A program made the position numbers and the translations under genes. 64,000 bases of DNA from Dendrobates tinctorius. Taxonomy: Eukaryota. The notes under the pieces were generated by a model. The model had not been told where the DNA came from. It saw only the letters and a program-made list of their open reading frames with translations, and did not search any database. Positions 60,816-64,000 of the stretch are shown one piece after another (the stretch's first letter is position 1; every line of letters begins with the position of its first letter). The DNA is taken from the NCBI RefSeq assembly GCF_039654945.1, contig NW_027361792.1, forward strand, positions 1,550,001 through 1,614,000, given 5' to 3'.

Positions 60816-62010
60816 TCTAATATATAAAGCTGAATGTGTGTGTGTATGTATGTATGTGTGTGTGTATGTATTTCCGGGATTGGCATCCGCACCGTCGCAG
60901 CTACAGCCACAAACTTTTGCACAGTCACATGTCTGGACCCCGAGACCGTCATAGGTAATGTTGTGAGGCGAAATTTTAACCCCACGTGCTCCAGTTCACC
61001 AAACAATTTTGCCCCTATCTACATAATGGAGAAAAAGTGAAAGGAAAAGTGTTGGAGGCAAATTGACAGCTGCCAGATGTGAACAATGGGGACTGAAAGA
61101 ATGAGAGCGATGGCGCCAAAGAGTATATACCGTACAGCTGCTAAGGTGGGGCCCTGACATGGGATACCCACCACACACGGGGATATGAACACACACACAA
61201 AATGCGCCACGCACTACCACGTGCTTCACCACATAGACCACCCTCAGCACACATTTCACCACACACACACACCAACCTTGCCACATAAAAGTCGCAACAC
61301 AAAAGTCGCCACTCAAAACTCGCCACGCTGTCCCCGAGCTGTTTAAAAGATGAAAAACGAGCTGTGATTGGCTGCTATCAGCAACAGTTTTCTTTGTAGA
61401 CAGTTGTGGTAACTGAGGCCGATTATTCTTATTATTTCTATGGTGTTATCGTCCGTCTGTACGGAAATAACACAATTTATTACCGTGCCAACACAGACCA
61501 CCCTCTGACAAAGACTGCAGGGGGAGCCCAGTATCACACAGGAGAGGATTAGATACATGGCTCAGCAGTCAGTATCACATGGGATAGGAATAGATGCACG
61601 GCTCAGCAGTCAGTATCACACAGGATAGGATTAGATGCACGGCTCAACAGACTATCACACAGGATAGGAATAGATACACGGCTCAGCAGTCAGTATCACA
61701 CGGGATAGGAATAGATGCACGGCTCAGCAGTCAGTATCACACAGGATAGGATTAGATACACGGCTCAACAGACTATCACACAGGATAGGAATAGATACAC
61801 GGCTCAGCAGTCAGTATCACACGGGATAGGAATAGATGCACGGCTCAGCAGTCAGTATCACACAGGATAGGATTAGATGCACGGCTCAACAGACTATCAC
61901 ACAGGATAGGATTAGATACACGGTTTTTATGTGCAATATAATCATTATAATTTGTTATAACTAACCACAGTTGGTTACTATGCCCAGGCAACGCCGGGCT
62001 CTTCAGCTAG
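60816..62010 (+). mobile_element. Non-autonomous Helitron
   Basis: A|TCTAATATATAAAG start, (TG)n/(TGTA)n tract, subterminal hairpin GCCCAGGCAACGCCGGGC, CTAG|T end, no TSD. Confidence 0.85.
61529..61923. repeat. 39/41-bp minisatellite with 121-bp higher-order period inside the Helitron
   Basis: cagtatcacacaggataggattagatacacggctcag; variant ggctcaacag at 61641, 61762, 61883. Confidence 0.9.
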
Positions 62011-62343
62011 TTGCTTTATAAATATGGGGTCTGATGTCTACCAATCATGAAGCAGAATGACATCACTGTAATTCCCCCCCCCCCGCTGCGTCCTTGTTTC
62101 TCCTCCCCCCACGACTTTATTAAACTGTTATCCGGAAGGTGTGGAGCTCCGACCCTCTGTAACCGCTATGGCCGGTGATTGAGTATAGGGCGGCATCCAT
62201 AGACCAGTGGAGAGGGTGCACCCCCTTAGCTGGAGTGGGAGGGTCACTAATGGCCCCCTCCAGCATCATCTTTGGTGATCTCTCCAGTCAGACGTCCATA
62301 TTTGCAGTCCGGCTTTCATTCTTCCCGTATGGATCTCTTGCAG

Positions 62344-62447
62344 ATTTGGAGCCGGAGACGCGGGTGGAATCCACTCGAGAGACTTTGAAGACTTTGCCTG
62401 CAGAGAATTACGAAGTTCTGCGCTTCCTCCTCACTTTTCTAGTTGAG
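62344..62447 (+). CDS. ARHGAP1: ARHGAP1 coding exon 11
   Basis: TLPAENYEVLRFLLTFLVE|gtaaga. Confidence 0.94.
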
Positions 62448-62531
62448 GTAAGATGGCGGCGGCTCCTCAGTAATGTGCCGGGTGTCCTCGTCGGTTCTCT
62501 ACCTCACAGATGGTCTCTGACTCCTCTTCAG

Positions 62532-62711
62532 GTGTCTGCCCGGAGCGACCAGAACAAGATGACAAACGCCAACCTGGCTGTGGTGTTCGGCCCCAACCTC
62601 CTCTGGGCAAAAGACGTGGCCATGACCCTGAAAGCCATAAATCCCATCAACACCTTCACGAAGTTCCTGCTCGACCGCCAGAAGGAGCTGTTCGAGGACA
62701 CTCACCTGTAA
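62532..62711 (+). CDS. ARHGAP1: ARHGAP1 last coding exon
   Basis: NKMTNANLAVVFGPNLLW...ELFEDTHL, then TAA. Confidence 0.95.
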   Translation: MSARSDQNKMTNANLAVVFGPNLLWAKDVAMTLKAINPINTFTKFLLDRQKELFEDTHL

Positions 62712-64000
62712 ATCCGAATGTTCCCGCTTCAGCACTGCCAGCCGAGCGCTGCCCGGTCCCCTCCACCACGTCACCATCCGTCCTGCGTCTGCACATGACA
62801 CGTTGGAGCCGGCGTCTCCAATGCAGCTTGTAGCACCAGGGCGCTTGCCAAATACAACGCCACCCGAATGGGGGCGACAGTCGGTGCCTCCGGTAGGCAG
62901 AGCAGCACTCCCTGTGTGATTGGTGTGGTATGTCGTGTGCGAGGCAGAGCACAAAATGATTGAGGGACCCCCCCCCCCTACAACGCTTCTGTCCGTATCC
63001 TCATCCACATTCCCCGGAGCTTCTCTATATACACTGCCGGACGACACCCAACCACCATCTGTAGCTCCTGTAACCCAGGAGAGGCTTTTGGGGATTTTTT
63101 AGGGCGACTTTGTGGCCAATCTCATTTTTCCCTCTGAAAGCTTGGCACAAAGTTCTGCTCCGGTGGTCCGGGATCTGTGTCGCCCCCTTATTTTGCTTTT
63201 ATTCCTTATGGTGGTTGTTTTTTTTAATGTTCTTTTATCAATATATTTTTATACACGTTGCGCACTCTGCACAAAACCCCACAGCCGTCACATATCTGTA
63301 TATAAATGACATCCCGGGAGGGTGACCGTCAAGATTCGGCTTGTAAAATCCGCATCCGAAGGGAAGAAATGCCTTCAGCTAGTTCATATAATATCCATCA
63401 GAAAAACATGGCTGCTTCCTTTGTGAAACAGCGCCACATCTGGCCACAGGTTGGACGTGATATTGCAGGTCAGTCTCGCTTATTGTAATGGGGTTGAGCT
63501 GCAATACTGCATGCAAACTGTGGACAGGTGTGGCGCTGTTTCTAGAAGGAAGCAGCCATGTTTTTCTCATCCTGTTTAAGGATTGGCCTGTGACTCGCAC
63601 TTCTCGCCTGTGATTGGTAGGACCACAGCGACCAGGCAAAGTAATAGGGGTCCTGTGTGTCCCCCCTGTAATGCCGGGGCACTACTGTGCTCAGCCACCA
63701 GTCTTGTAGACACTGATTGGAGTAGTAGTGATTGACCACCACTAGGTGGAGCCTAAAACCAGCCTGAGCACCTCATCTCCCCCTAGTGGAGGCTGCAGGT
63801 ACTGAGGATTTGGAGCTTTGTATCAGAAATCAGACCACAACACAGATGTGATCAGAATCGGGCTGATCCACGTTATGACAGGTGATGACAGCAGTGATGC
63901 CGGCCAGTGCCACCTCTGTCTTGTCTGTCGCTTTGTGTGCCATGTCATTTTTTTCTCCTCGGCCGGTCGGTGGTGACCGGTGACTTTAATTCCCTCGATG

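Larger units (their letters stand above)
45760..62711 (+). other. ARHGAP1: ARHGAP1 gene model (12 coding exons, 438 aa)
   Basis: Exons sum to 1317 nt in frame; BCH/CRAL-TRIO domain, proline-rich linker and RhoGAP domain. Confidence 0.96.

Overview
Vertebrate genomic DNA, most likely a frog (inferred from the repeat families and the ERV type). It carries the conserved F2-ZNF408-ARHGAP1 cluster in the mammalian order and orientation. Prothrombin F2 exons 1-10 lie on the minus strand (ATG at 18442; the gene runs off the left edge). ZNF408 is complete on the minus strand (about 750 aa, degenerate PR/SET region plus 10 zinc fingers). ARHGAP1 is complete on the plus strand (438 aa, 12 coding exons) and sits head-to-head with ZNF408 across a GC-rich promoter near 39.2-39.65 kb. 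About 30% of the window is made of ten minisatellite arrays (units 18-71 bp), and these explain nearly all the very long ORFs in the track. Mobile DNA includes a deleted epsilon-like ERV with a nested solo LTR, several decayed Tc1 elements, a non-autonomous Helitron and MITEs. Best leads: (1) a TSD-flanked, inverted-repeat, Penelope-like insertion carrying a minimal hammerhead ribozyme motif; (2) a 7-kb F2 intron array that reads as hundreds of 3' splice-site mimics; (3) a 71-bp minisatellite built from Tc1 transposase coding sequence; (4) a His-to-Tyr/Cys change in ZNF408 finger 4. All exon boundaries were read by hand, and comparisons with human proteins are from memory, not from a search.
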